From positions 134,766 through 198,765 of the forward strand of contig JAHLWS010000077.1 of assembly GCA_019057795.1 (NCBI GenBank): a stretch of DNA of 64,000 nucleotides, given 5' to 3'. Position 1 is the stretch's first letter. Every line of letters begins with the position of its first letter. The notes beneath the pieces were generated by a model that saw only the letters and a list, made by a program, of their open reading frames with translations, was not told where the DNA came from and ran no database searches. The stretch comes from Promethearchaeota archaeon (GTDB lineage Archaea > Asgardarchaeota > Lokiarchaeia > Sigyniarchaeales > SOKP01). The position numbers were made by a program, and so were the translations under genes. Below are positions 12,472 to 22,953 of this stretch, piece by piece.

Positions 12472-13608
12472 TTACTCTGAAAATTTTTTAATTTTTATAG
12501 GTTTCCCTCCAGAACCCGCCGATTTAGAGGCGGCAATTCCCGATAGACAAAAATTAGCAGCTATTTTTGTGTGGATGACTGGTTTAATATTATTATTTAT
12601 TGCTTGTAACCAATCCTCCATAATACGAACGGAAGAACCGTAATATAAACCTTCAACTGGAGGTATTATTGTTGATAACTCGTTATTATCAATAATTTTT
12701 GATTTTCCTTTTCGATGACGACTCTTACTAATTTTATGTCCGTCAGTTAGAAATAATCGCCCTGGTTTCCCTATTTGATAACATTCGTATGTACCTAAAC
12801 GCCCTGTAACTTGAATAATAAGGCGAGAAGGTTCTCTGGCAAAAATATAGGCGTTAGCACATTTTGATATTGCCCCTGTTTCTGTTTTAAATAACCCTAC
12901 TTGAAACGCTTTAGCGGGATGGCAGATTGGATTTGCTTGATAACCTCCAATATCATTTGTGTAGCTTATAACTTCAACGAATGGCATAGGTTTTTTAATT
13001 CCACCTAATGCAACTTGAGCAGGACCAATTGTGTGGGCATACATTAATGGATCAAATGATTGATACCAAGAATCTATGCGTGGCGTGTCAACATCGCCAA
13101 AATTCCCTTCTCTCCACCTATAAGTTACATCGTGCAAATATTCAGATTCCGAATAAATAGTTGGCCCAATCTTGCCAGAAGATGCAAGATGCCCCGCAAA
13201 TAAAACTTCTGAGAAAAAACAGTAATTTTCTCCAAGTTGATAAACTTTTCCTGAACTCTCTTCAGCGTCTATAATTTTTTTAATATCTTTTTCATTAATT
13301 GCCATAGGAACTTCAGAGAAGACATGTAATCCCGCTTCTAGTGCCGCAACAGCTTGATCTGCGTGATATTGAGGGGGACTACTAATTATAACAGCATCAA
13401 GATCAGCTGTATCTAAAAGATCTTCAAAAGATTTTGCTACTTTTATACTTTTAACATTATTTAGCATCTGATTCGCTTTAGGATCTGGATCGAACCCAAC
13501 TATCCATTTTGTACGCCCTATTAATCTTGGATGATTTTTTAGCTCTGATGTATGACCCAACGCAGTGAGACCATAACCTACTAAGCCATATCGTAATGCT
13601 TCTATCAT
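12472..13608 (-). CDS. Gfo/Idh/MocA family NAD(P)-dependent oxidoreductase
   Basis: Rossmann GLVGYG, DAVIISSPPQYH and GLHVFSEVPMA. Confidence 0.88.
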   Translation of the reverse strand: MIEALRYGLVGYGLTALGHTSELKNHPRLIGRTKWIVGFDPDPKANQMLNNVKSIKVAKSFEDLLDTADLDAVIISSPPQYHADQAVAALEAGLHVFSEVPMAINEKDIKKIIDAEESSGKVYQLGENYCFFSEVLFAGHLASSGKIGPTIYSESEYLHDVTYRWREGNFGDVDTPRIDSWYQSFDPLMYAHTIGPAQVALGGIKKPMPFVEVISYTNDIGGYQANPICHPAKAFQVGLFKTETGAISKCANAYIFAREPSRLIIQVTGRLGTYECYQIGKPGRLFLTDGHKISKSRHRKGKSKIIDNNELSTIIPPVEGLYYGSSVRIMEDWLQAINNNIKPVIHTKIAANFCLSGIAASKSAGSGGKPIKIKKFSE

Positions 13609-13685
13609 ATTCTATTATATTATAAGGTAAGTGACATTTATCTAATTTGCGATATTTTCTTATCAAAATTAATGTAGGTAGAAGC

Positions 13686-15011
13686 ATGGAAAAAAGAATT
13701 GTTTTAATAGGGGCAGGTAGTTCTTCGTTTGGTCCTGCTACTTTGATGGATCTTAATCTTAGTTCTGTTTTATCAGGTTCAACTGTTGTTCTTCATGATA
13801 TTAACGAAGAGAAGTTAGAAATGGTTTATCAAATTGTTGTAAAAGATAATGAAAAGCTTGGTAATAAGTTCAATATTGAGCAAACAACAATTAGAGCGAA
13901 GGCATTAAAAGATGCGGATTTTGTTATTTCTGCCATTGAAAAGGGAGATCGGTTTGAATTGCGTTGGCAAGATAATACGATACCGAGAAAACATGGTTCT
14001 ACGGAAATGATGGCTGAGAATGGGGGCCCAGGTGGGTTTTTCCATAGCGCACGACAAATCCCTGAAATCATTAGAATTGCGGAAGATGCTGTAAAAATTT
14101 GTCCTAATGCTTTCTTTATAAATTACTCAAACCCCATGTCCAGAATATGTTTAGCAATTAAAAGAGCTGTTCCTAAACTAAAGTTTGTGGGGCTTTGCCA
14201 TCAAATAGAGTTATTAACAAATCACCATTTACCAAATATGTTAAATAAGGATATAAGTGAAATGCAATTAACTACCGGTGGTTTAAATCATTTTGCTTTC
14301 CTACTTGGATTAAAGGATTTAACCACTGGAAAGGATCTAATGCCAGAATTTAACTCAAAATGCTTAGAATATTTTAAAGACAAAAGGGATAGGTTTCATT
14401 ATAATGATTTAACTTTCGAAGTATACAAAAGATTTGGCAATTTTCCTTACGTGGGTGACAATCATATATGCGAATATATACAAATTGGGTCTCAATATAC
14501 AACAATCCAAGATTTAAAGGATTGGATTACAAGAATGGAACAAGTAAATAAAGGGAGTTATGCTAAGCTTTCTAGATATTATAAAAGGCTTAAGAAAGGA
14601 ACTTATCCTCGAAAAGGAATGTTTATGCGAGATCCATCTGGAGAACGGGCGATACCAATTATCGAAGCTTTAATTGAAGATAAAAATTCGTATGAAATTG
14701 CAGTTAATATACCTAACGATGGAATTATTGAAAATCTCCCTCAAGATTTGGTGATTGAATGTTCGGCAATTGTAAATAAAGAGGGCATACATGGAGTTAA
14801 ACTAGGTGAGATTCCAAAAAATATTGCTGCAATACTCCGCATAGAAGCCTCAATTCAAGATTTATGCGTTGAAGCAATTTTAAAAGAATCTAAGGATCTT
14901 ACTATAGCGTGTATCGCCATAGATGTTAATTGCGGTAGTTTTAAAATGGCAGAAGCAATATTTAACGAAATGACTGAACTTCAGAAAGAATACTTACCTA
15001 ATTTTAAATAA
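13686..15011 (+). CDS. melA: NAD+-dependent alpha-galactosidase/glucosidase, GH4
   Basis: IVLIGAGS, ENGGPGG, INYSNP, VGLCH and GLNHF. Start moved to ATG 13686. Confidence 0.88.
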   Translation: MEKRIVLIGAGSSSFGPATLMDLNLSSVLSGSTVVLHDINEEKLEMVYQIVVKDNEKLGNKFNIEQTTIRAKALKDADFVISAIEKGDRFELRWQDNTIPRKHGSTEMMAENGGPGGFFHSARQIPEIIRIAEDAVKICPNAFFINYSNPMSRICLAIKRAVPKLKFVGLCHQIELLTNHHLPNMLNKDISEMQLTTGGLNHFAFLLGLKDLTTGKDLMPEFNSKCLEYFKDKRDRFHYNDLTFEVYKRFGNFPYVGDNHICEYIQIGSQYTTIQDLKDWITRMEQVNKGSYAKLSRYYKRLKKGTYPRKGMFMRDPSGERAIPIIEALIEDKNSYEIAVNIPNDGIIENLPQDLVIECSAIVNKEGIHGVKLGEIPKNIAAILRIEASIQDLCVEAILKESKDLTIACIAIDVNCGSFKMAEAIFNEMTELQKEYLPNFK

Positions 15012-15139
15012 TTATAGCGCTTTTAACCCAATTTAGAAGGGTTAATTTTGGTTTTATAAAATTAGGTAAAAATAATAACACTTGTCAAATGATCTTCTTT
15101 AATCATTAGAACTTAATTAATAGGATTTGAAAATTAAAC

Positions 15140-16033
15140 ATGAAAAATCTTACGCTTATAGAAAAATTAGGGTTTGAAGCTTCAGATAGAGTTGTTATTT
15201 TCCATATTGACGATATAGGTTTCTCTCATGCCTCAAACTTAGCTTCATTTAAATGTTTAGACTTAGGAGTAGCTAGCTGTGGCTCTATTATTACCCCCTC
15301 ACCTTGGTTTTTAGAAGCCGCATCTATTTGCAAAAATAACCCTAAATATGATATTGGCGTGCATTTAACTCTTACATGTGAATACGAATTATATCGTTGG
15401 CGGGCATTGAGTAGCGTTGATCCTAAAACTGGCTTATTGGATTCAGAGAGTTCGCTCTGGCGTACTTCGGAGGAGGCAATTGAAAATGTAACTGTTGAAG
15501 CAGCAGAAATTGAAATGCGTTCACAGATTCAAATGGCTCTCTATAATGGTATTGATGTTACCCACATTGATTCGCATATGGGGACTGTAATGAATCCCAA
15601 ATTCCTTCCGTCTTATTTGAAGCTAGCTCGAGAATTCAATATTGTAGCTTTTTTACCAAAATTAACTAAAGAAGAATTAATTGCCATGGGACGAGGAGAG
15701 CATGCCGATGTTTACCTAAAAATGTTTGAAAATTTAGAGGAAAAAGGCACTCCTCTTATAAACCAGATTATTATTGATACACTGGGACCGCATCCTAACA
15801 AAGTAGAATATTATTGCAAAAGGTTTGCAGAAATTAAACCTGGTCTAACGCATTTCTTATTCCACCCCGCTAAAATGAGCCCTGAATTGAAAGCTATAAC
15901 CCCGGATTCAGCAAGTTGGCGAGACTTAGATTTTGGAGCATTCACTAATCCGCATATTAAAGAATGTGTTGAGAAGTACGATTTAAAAATAATTGGATAT
16001 AAAGAAATTCGTGATTATATTAGAAATCAATAA
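15140..16033 (+). CDS. YdjC/ChbG-like carbohydrate deacetylase
   Basis: HIDDIG, DIGVHLTL, THIDSHMG and FLFHP. Confidence 0.88.
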   Translation: MKNLTLIEKLGFEASDRVVIFHIDDIGFSHASNLASFKCLDLGVASCGSIITPSPWFLEAASICKNNPKYDIGVHLTLTCEYELYRWRALSSVDPKTGLLDSESSLWRTSEEAIENVTVEAAEIEMRSQIQMALYNGIDVTHIDSHMGTVMNPKFLPSYLKLAREFNIVAFLPKLTKEELIAMGRGEHADVYLKMFENLEEKGTPLINQIIIDTLGPHPNKVEYYCKRFAEIKPGLTHFLFHPAKMSPELKAITPDSASWRDLDFGAFTNPHIKECVEKYDLKIIGYKEIRDYIRNQ

Positions 16034-16052
16034 TGATTTTTATAAAGTGTTA

Positions 16053-17468
16053 TCAAATTTCACTCCTAAATTTTTCCGACTTACTACTCTCATAATTTTC
16101 TTTCTTCACTGCATGTAGTTTCACTAATTCAGATTGCAGTTTTTCTAAAGCTTCGCCGTGATAAGGAAATAGATATATAAAGATTAAACTAATCGCGTGC
16201 ATAAGGGTGGGCATTACAAATAAAAGGACCTTTATTCCGAGGAGAGCAGTTGCGTCTTGAGTCGTCGAACCTGTCACAAAACCGAACATAGTTAAAGTAA
16301 TTGTAGCAATTATTGGTCCTAAACTATCTGCTGGTTTAAACAAGAGAGAACTCGTTCCTTGAAATATACTTTCTCGTCGACTTCCATATTTGATTTCGTC
16401 TTCGTCAATTGCCATAGTTAAAAGTACAAAATCAAAGACTCCAAATCCAGATAAAATTGATACGAGAGCAACGCAAATCCATACTATTGTTGTCGATCCT
16501 ACTGCGGAGACTATTACAAAACTAATTAAATTTGCTATAATCAAACATGACTTAAGGATAAGAATAGTTTTTCGAATCCCCCATTTTTTTTCTAATTTCA
16601 TATAAATTATATTTGAGAAAAAGCCTATACCAAATGTAAGAAGCATAAATAATATGGGTGTTAGCGGTCCGGGGCCTAAGATGAATAAAAAGGCAAAAAG
16701 AAACGAAAATCCCATAGCCCTTGCACCAGTATTGAAAAAAATATAACCAGTGCGTGTCAAAAACGCTTTAGATTTAACAACCATTTTCATGGCTTGGAAA
16801 AAGGTATAGTCTTCTTCAACTCTTAATTCTGGTCTCTCCTTTAAAGTGCGAGTAACTATTATATATAATATAATCGAAATAATAGCAAGTACGCCATTAA
16901 ACATTTGAAAAGTTTCTAAGCTCGCATCAAATATAGATTGTGCGAAGACAACTGGAATTCCAGCAATAAATGTTGCAATGTTGGCATAAAAGGATAATTT
17001 ATAGCGAACTTTGATGTTATCAGACATTTCTGACATTAATGACATATATAATCCAATTACTAGAGAAAGAAAGGTATCAAAAATACATATACTTAATACA
17101 AATTGAAGAAATATTATAATTTGGTTGTCATAACTCCAAGGGAACCACATTATGAAGAAAAATATTGCCCATAATGGCCCGAACCATTTTATATAAATTA
17201 ATCTTCGACTGCCCCATTTATCAATATTAGTTTTGTCACTCATATGCCCAGTTAGTGGATCGTTTAGGGCATTAATCGTAGCATAAATTACCATCCCAAC
17301 GATAAATAATGAATCAATTAAACCTAAATAATTCCAAAAGAAATTAACATACATTAACATGAAAACTCCCGCAAGGAAAGTATTAGGAATATATCCTAGT
17401 GAATATATAAACACATCTTTTCTCGGCAATTTTCCAACAAAATCATTGTTTGTTTTCGATCTTTTCAA
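16053..17468 (-). CDS. MFS glycoside-pentoside-hexuronide (MelB-like) transporter
   Basis: About 12 hydrophobic segments, NALNDPLTGHMSD..WGSRR and IDEDEIKYGSRRES. Confidence 0.88.
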   Translation of the reverse strand: MKRSKTNNDFVGKLPRKDVFIYSLGYIPNTFLAGVFMLMYVNFFWNYLGLIDSLFIVGMVIYATINALNDPLTGHMSDKTNIDKWGSRRLIYIKWFGPLWAIFFFIMWFPWSYDNQIIIFLQFVLSICIFDTFLSLVIGLYMSLMSEMSDNIKVRYKLSFYANIATFIAGIPVVFAQSIFDASLETFQMFNGVLAIISIILYIIVTRTLKERPELRVEEDYTFFQAMKMVVKSKAFLTRTGYIFFNTGARAMGFSFLFAFLFILGPGPLTPILFMLLTFGIGFFSNIIYMKLEKKWGIRKTILILKSCLIIANLISFVIVSAVGSTTIVWICVALVSILSGFGVFDFVLLTMAIDEDEIKYGSRRESIFQGTSSLLFKPADSLGPIIATITLTMFGFVTGSTTQDATALLGIKVLLFVMPTLMHAISLIFIYLFPYHGEALEKLQSELVKLHAVKKENYESSKSEKFRSEI

Positions 17469-17695
17469 ATTATATCACTTATATAATTTTAACTTCAAAC
17501 TATTTTTGTATAATATTTCAACTACTCGTTTTATATACATTCTTTTTTTTATGTGTTTTTTATCAATATTATTCTAAAATCAAAACATCATGCGTTTTTC
17601 CTAATATAAAGATCTTCTTTTTGGTTCTTTTCATACTAGTTTAAATTTTAATAAGAATTATTCATTTTAATTTAATTCTAAAGAGGACACTTTAA

Positions 17696-19075
17696 TTGAG
17701 ATTTACGGATTACAAATCAGTTAAAAAACATAAAGTGCCAGATTGGTTTCATAATGCAAAGCTTGGGATTTTCATACATTGGGGACTTTATTCTGTGCCT
17801 GCCTTTGCCGTTACTGGCTTGGATTTAGTAGAATCCATGAAAAGAGGTTTGGAAGAACACTTCAAAAATAACCCCTATGCTGAATGGTATCTCAATTCTT
17901 TAAGAATTGAAGGAAGTCCTACTCAACAATATCATAAAGATATGTATGGTGAAGATTTTGTATATGATGATTTTATTCCTATTTTTAATGAAGAAATAAA
18001 GAAGTGGAACCCTAAAGAATGGGCAGAGCTATTCAATAAAGCCGGAGCAAAATATGTAGTTTTAGTAACAAAACATCACGATGGTTTTCTTCTATGGCCT
18101 AGTAAATATCCTAATCCAAAAAAACAGAATTATAAGGCAAGTAGAGATATCGTTGGCGAACTTTCTAAAGAAGTTCGGAAAAAGGGTTTAAAAATGGGTT
18201 TTTACTATTCTGGTACACTTGATTGGTCCTTTAAATTAGAGCCGATCAAAGATGGAATATCTTTTGTTGAAAATGGAGTTAGAACGCCTGAATATATTGA
18301 ATACGCTAATAACCACTGGTATGAATTAATAAACAAGTATAATGGCATAATTTTATGGAACGATATTGGTTATGTACCAACAAATGCATATGAAATTTTT
18401 ACTTATTTCTATAATAAATTTCCTGAGGGCGTAATTAACGATCGATGGAAATATACTAAAAAAAAAGAGGATAACTTTCGAGTCGCCTACCATCACGATT
18501 TTATAACACCAGAATATGAAGTACTTAAAAAAATTAAGAAGAAAAAATGGGAAACAAACAGAGGAATTGGCAATTCCTACGGTTATAACAAAATAGAAAA
18601 GGAAGAAGATTATCTCGATTCAGAAAAATTAATTAGAATGTTCATAGATATCGTAAGTAAAAACGGAAATCTCCTCTTAAATGTGGGTCCCATGGTAGAT
18701 GGTACGATCCCAGAAGTTCAAAGGAAAGTTTTACTTAATTTAGGGAAATGGCTTGAAATCAATGGGGAATCTATTTACAATACACGCCCGTGGGTAAAAG
18801 CAGAAGGGATAACAATAGATGGAGTAGAAGTGAGATATACCAAGACTCAAGAATCCCTTTTCGTAATATTACTTGAAAAGCCTGAGGAAAAGGAGTTAGA
18901 GATTAAATCTTTAGTAATCAAAGAAAATTCAACAGTTCAATTATTGGGGAACAATAATGAAATTGAATGGTCCCAAATGGAAGAAAATTTAAAACTAAAG
19001 ATTCCAGATGATCTTTTTAACTCACCAGCATATTCCTTTAAAATTACACCTAGACCAGATGAAGACATAAATTGA
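17696..19075 (+). CDS. Alpha-L-fucosidase, GH29
   Basis: PDWFHNAKLGIFIHWGLYSVP, YAEWY, TKHHDGF, LWND (nucleophile), VINDRW and DIVSKNGNLLLNVGP. Confidence 0.95.
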   Translation: MRFTDYKSVKKHKVPDWFHNAKLGIFIHWGLYSVPAFAVTGLDLVESMKRGLEEHFKNNPYAEWYLNSLRIEGSPTQQYHKDMYGEDFVYDDFIPIFNEEIKKWNPKEWAELFNKAGAKYVVLVTKHHDGFLLWPSKYPNPKKQNYKASRDIVGELSKEVRKKGLKMGFYYSGTLDWSFKLEPIKDGISFVENGVRTPEYIEYANNHWYELINKYNGIILWNDIGYVPTNAYEIFTYFYNKFPEGVINDRWKYTKKKEDNFRVAYHHDFITPEYEVLKKIKKKKWETNRGIGNSYGYNKIEKEEDYLDSEKLIRMFIDIVSKNGNLLLNVGPMVDGTIPEVQRKVLLNLGKWLEINGESIYNTRPWVKAEGITIDGVEVRYTKTQESLFVILLEKPEEKELEIKSLVIKENSTVQLLGNNNEIEWSQMEENLKLKIPDDLFNSPAYSFKITPRPDEDIN

Positions 19076-19138
19076 TTTTAGTAATTTAGAATAAGAAAAT
19101 AATAATTGAAATTTTTCAATTTTTTTTATTACATCGAT

Positions 19139-20386
19139 CTAAGCTTGTTTTAGAAGTGAAGAAATGTAATCCCATTTTTTGTTAATCTTATCGGAAGTTC
19201 TTAATCGATTAAATATTTTATATTCGAAAGCCCCAATAAGATTATACATAGATTTCACTTGTTTATATACTTCAAATTCTTCAAACTTTTTTATATATTC
19301 CTCTACATTTTCAGAGCTCCATATATACTCTTGATATTTGATAGAGTCCATAGTGCTATCAGAAAGTTCTTTCATTTTTTTCGAGATATTTTCAACCCAG
19401 AAGTGTGACATCGCCATTGAATAGTACAACCCTGAAGATCCAAACGGATTAACAAATCCTGCACTATCTCCAATAAGAACGACACCAGGACATGGAACAA
19501 AATTTTCGACCATTTTAGCGTTTGGTATATATGTTAATTCCTCGTAATCAATTTTAGCCTCTTTAAAAAACTCACTAAATCCTGGAAAACCTTTCTTCAA
19601 ATTTTCCCAAACCATCATGATTTCATCATGATCAGGTATATTAACGGTTTTCATTTGAGGGACTTGTGCCATTCGCAACATTAAACCCACTTCTGCTCTT
19701 TTCTTCTCTAATGGAAATACATACGCAATACTTGGAGGAAAATTAGGAGAGTAATCCAAATCACCGTTCCCGATGAAATAAAATTGTAAATCTGGAGTTT
19801 CGCTTATATCTATGTTAGCTTCGCTAATTAAGCATTTTATTATGGGACAATTTATCTCTTCGTCGTAAGGAACTCCATAATGGCTTCCAATAATGCCTGA
19901 ATATCCACTGCAATCTAAAAGTGCGTTTCCATACACTTCATTAAGATCTCCATTCTTATCTTTAAATTTTACGCCAATAATAAAACCATTTTTCTCAATT
20001 GGTTCTGTAACCTCAGCTTTTAAAAGGATGTCAACTCCTAACTCGCTTGCAATTTCTACAAATCTATCGATAAATTTTCTCCATTCGAAAAAATAATGGT
20101 CGTATTCTCGGTAGGTCGTTGTTGTTTGTAAATTTCCCGGAGAATGCCAAACTCTTCCTCCGTTGGATTTAATTCCTATAGAAGGTAAGAAGTTCTTTCC
20201 TAGAATAATATCAACAATAGGATAATGGCCCATTCCTTCACCACGAGGTTTTGGTCCAGCAAGTTCACCTTTTTCTAAAATCACAGCTTTAAATCCTTTC
20301 CTTGCAGCCACGATGCCCGCAGTTAATCCAGCTGGTCCAGCTCCAACGATTATAAAATCGTAATTCTTTGATTTTTTAATAGCCAT
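19139..20386 (-). CDS. Geranylgeranyl reductase-family FAD oxidoreductase
   Basis: IVGAGPAG, YVFP and LIGDSAGFVNPFGSSG. Confidence 0.85.
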   Translation of the reverse strand: MAIKKSKNYDFIIVGAGPAGLTAGIVAARKGFKAVILEKGELAGPKPRGEGMGHYPIVDIILGKNFLPSIGIKSNGGRVWHSPGNLQTTTTYREYDHYFFEWRKFIDRFVEIASELGVDILLKAEVTEPIEKNGFIIGVKFKDKNGDLNEVYGNALLDCSGYSGIIGSHYGVPYDEEINCPIIKCLISEANIDISETPDLQFYFIGNGDLDYSPNFPPSIAYVFPLEKKRAEVGLMLRMAQVPQMKTVNIPDHDEIMMVWENLKKGFPGFSEFFKEAKIDYEELTYIPNAKMVENFVPCPGVVLIGDSAGFVNPFGSSGLYYSMAMSHFWVENISKKMKELSDSTMDSIKYQEYIWSSENVEEYIKKFEEFEVYKQVKSMYNLIGAFEYKIFNRLRTSDKINKKWDYISSLLKQA

Positions 20387-20530
20387 AGTTTATAAATATG
20401 AATAGAATAAATTAATCATTTTTGTTGCAAATGCATATGAACAAGAAACAAATTAAAATTTCTTTTTATGAGGAAAATATAATTTTTAACGCTTTAACCA
20501 TTAATTAATTTATTAAAAAAAAAACAGACA

Positions 20531-21709
20531 ATGAAAATGTTTGATGTTGTTATATCGGGAGCTGGTCCTAGCGGTTCTAAATGTGCTCAAGTTCTTGCTG
20601 AAAGAGGATTTGAAGTTGCATTACTTGATAGAGATATTAATTGGCGAAAGCCTTGTGGGGGTGCAGTTAGTTCAAGAATCTTTAAATATTACCCACAACT
20701 GCGAAAATTAAATTATCCCCATAATACTGGAATAACTATATATTCTATGGATTATCATCAGATTAAATACTCTTGGAAAAATATTAGAGATTATTCGATA
20801 AATGTAGATCGCTTAGAATTTGATAATTTTATAAGGAATATCGCTATAGAAGCTGGAGCTCAATTATTTAACAAAAATATATCTTACGACTTTGTAATTA
20901 AAAATAGTCGCAGAGTTGGGATCAAAACAAAAACCCCCTCGGGGACAAAGGAATATCTCGGAAAAATTTTAATTATAGCGGACGGCATGAGCTCTAAATT
21001 AGCGCTTAAATCTGGTTTGAAAGGAAAATGGAAAATTGACGAAATAGGACTATGCAAGTGTGCTATAATGGAAGGGGAAAATTTATTAGAGAAAGATTCT
21101 ATGTCCTTATTTTTTAGAGCATATAAAGGGTATGGCTGGATATTTCCCTTAGATGACAAACGCTTTAACATTGGATGTGGCACATGGTTAGACGAAAATT
21201 TGAATTCTAATCTAAATCAAATATATACGGAATTTTTAAACGACCCCCACATAAAAAAGTTCTTTCCTAAATCTCATTATAAAGAAATATGGAAGGGTGC
21301 ATATCCAATTCCCGCATTAGGCGTGAAAGAGAAAAGTTTATATGGAGATAATATTATGATTATTGGAGATGCAGCAGGTTTTGTTTCTCCTATAAGCGGC
21401 GAAGGGATACATCCTAGCATAGTATCTGGAAAAGTTGCAGCTGAAACCGCTATTGAAGCCTTAGAGAACGACGATATATCTAAACAAAGCTTGAAAAAGT
21501 ACAAACAACATCCTAATATTAAAAAAATAATTAGAAATTTTAAAATGAAAGTTTCTATGGTTGAATTTCTTTTTGAAAATAACGGTCAGAATCTTTCAAA
21601 AATGTTTGAACTTGCAGATACAGATGATAAAATAAGAGAAGAAGTCATTAACATGTTCTTATTTTCCATACCACCATCTAAAGAATTGCTTTTAAAAATC
21701 CAATCTTAA
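20531..21709 (+). CDS. Geranylgeranyl reductase-family FAD oxidoreductase (DGGR-like)
   Basis: SGAGPSGS, KPCGG, RLEFD, ADG, GYGWIFP and IGDAAGFVSPISGEGI. Confidence 0.9.
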   Translation: MKMFDVVISGAGPSGSKCAQVLAERGFEVALLDRDINWRKPCGGAVSSRIFKYYPQLRKLNYPHNTGITIYSMDYHQIKYSWKNIRDYSINVDRLEFDNFIRNIAIEAGAQLFNKNISYDFVIKNSRRVGIKTKTPSGTKEYLGKILIIADGMSSKLALKSGLKGKWKIDEIGLCKCAIMEGENLLEKDSMSLFFRAYKGYGWIFPLDDKRFNIGCGTWLDENLNSNLNQIYTEFLNDPHIKKFFPKSHYKEIWKGAYPIPALGVKEKSLYGDNIMIIGDAAGFVSPISGEGIHPSIVSGKVAAETAIEALENDDISKQSLKKYKQHPNIKKIIRNFKMKVSMVEFLFENNGQNLSKMFELADTDDKIREEVINMFLFSIPPSKELLLKIQS

Positions 21710-21844
21710 TTTTATAGCATTTGTTGCTTCGTGATTTTTTCTTAGATATTTTTTGAAAAAGAATTTATAAATGATCGAGAATAGTCATATATACATTTTT
21801 GGTAATTATACAAAAATGTGAAATATATTAAGAGGTGAAATTAA

Positions 21845-22165
21845 ATGGTAATAGTTATTATGAAATTAATTCAAAGAGTAGCAAATGGTAAATGGGAAGA
21901 ATTAGAAGAGATCGAAAAAAAATTCAATGAACTCGAGGATAAATTAGGTTATCCTCCAAAAAAACGATACCGTATTCTATCGGGGGCTTACGATAATAAC
22001 GTAATTATTATTGAAAGAGAGTGGCAAAGCCTATCAAAAATGGAAAAAACTATGACAAAAGGTTTCTTAGACCCTGAATTGGTAAAATTATCTAAAAAAT
22101 TAGATTCAATTATCGAATGGACAAAAACAGAATTGTACGTACCTCATCCACCATTTCCTGAATAA
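21845..22165 (+). CDS. Small hypothetical protein (possible NIPSNAP/dimeric alpha-beta barrel)
   Basis: Preceded by GAGGTG. Pattern GKWEE...YRILSG...IIIEREWQSL. Confidence 0.6.
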   Translation: MVIVIMKLIQRVANGKWEELEEIEKKFNELEDKLGYPPKKRYRILSGAYDNNVIIIEREWQSLSKMEKTMTKGFLDPELVKLSKKLDSIIEWTKTELYVPHPPFPE

Positions 22166-22261
22166 AGAATATTTCTAGAACTTCAATTCTCCTTTTTTTT
22201 TTATATTATTGCGCTGAAATAATGTTTAAAGGGTTTATTATATTTTTCTAATTAAAGAACT

Positions 22262-22876
22262 ATGGAAAAACTAAAGATAAATATCCTACAAATATTGAAT
22301 TTTATACCGCGCCCGTTTTACGGGTTGTTATCAGCAATAGTAGGTATAGCTGGAGATATCATAGCTATATTACTCTTTCCTAATTTTGATTTAAGTTACA
22401 TGATAAGCGATTTAGGAACGAGTCCTGGCGCAATATACTTCAACATCGGGACGTTTTTATCTGGTGTTTTTGCATTATTAACATATTTACACATAGTAGA
22501 AATTCTTGAGAACGAAAATATCAATCATCCAAAAGTACTCAGAATCGGAAAAGTGTTTGCGATTAATTCGTGCGTTTTTTTTGCTTTAATTGGTGTTTTC
22601 CCATCGGTTAGAAGTAACATTTTACTTTTTATTGTTCACGGAGCGGTTGCGTTAATTAGTTTAGTAAGCGGTATTATCTATTTAATCGCTTTTAGCTATC
22701 TTTTCTTTAAAAGTGAGAAGTTTTCAGGGCTTGTTGGGTATCTACCTTTAATAACAATAAGCTGTATTGTCCCATTTTTGTTCTCATGGCACCCAATAAC
22801 AGAATGGATTATGACGTTTGGCATTACAATTTGGATTATCCTGATTTCTATCTATATGCTTTATCATAAAATGTAA
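22262..22876 (+). CDS. DUF998-like multi-pass membrane protein
   Basis: ISDLG, FNIG, GVFP and VHG motifs, with about 6 TM segments. Confidence 0.7.
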   Translation: MEKLKINILQILNFIPRPFYGLLSAIVGIAGDIIAILLFPNFDLSYMISDLGTSPGAIYFNIGTFLSGVFALLTYLHIVEILENENINHPKVLRIGKVFAINSCVFFALIGVFPSVRSNILLFIVHGAVALISLVSGIIYLIAFSYLFFKSEKFSGLVGYLPLITISCIVPFLFSWHPITEWIMTFGITIWIILISIYMLYHKM

Positions 22877-22953
22877 CTCTTTTTATCAAGACTACTTTTT
22901 CTTGTTTTAATTTTTAAAATAGTATTAAAACGATATTTAATAATTTTAAGTTA

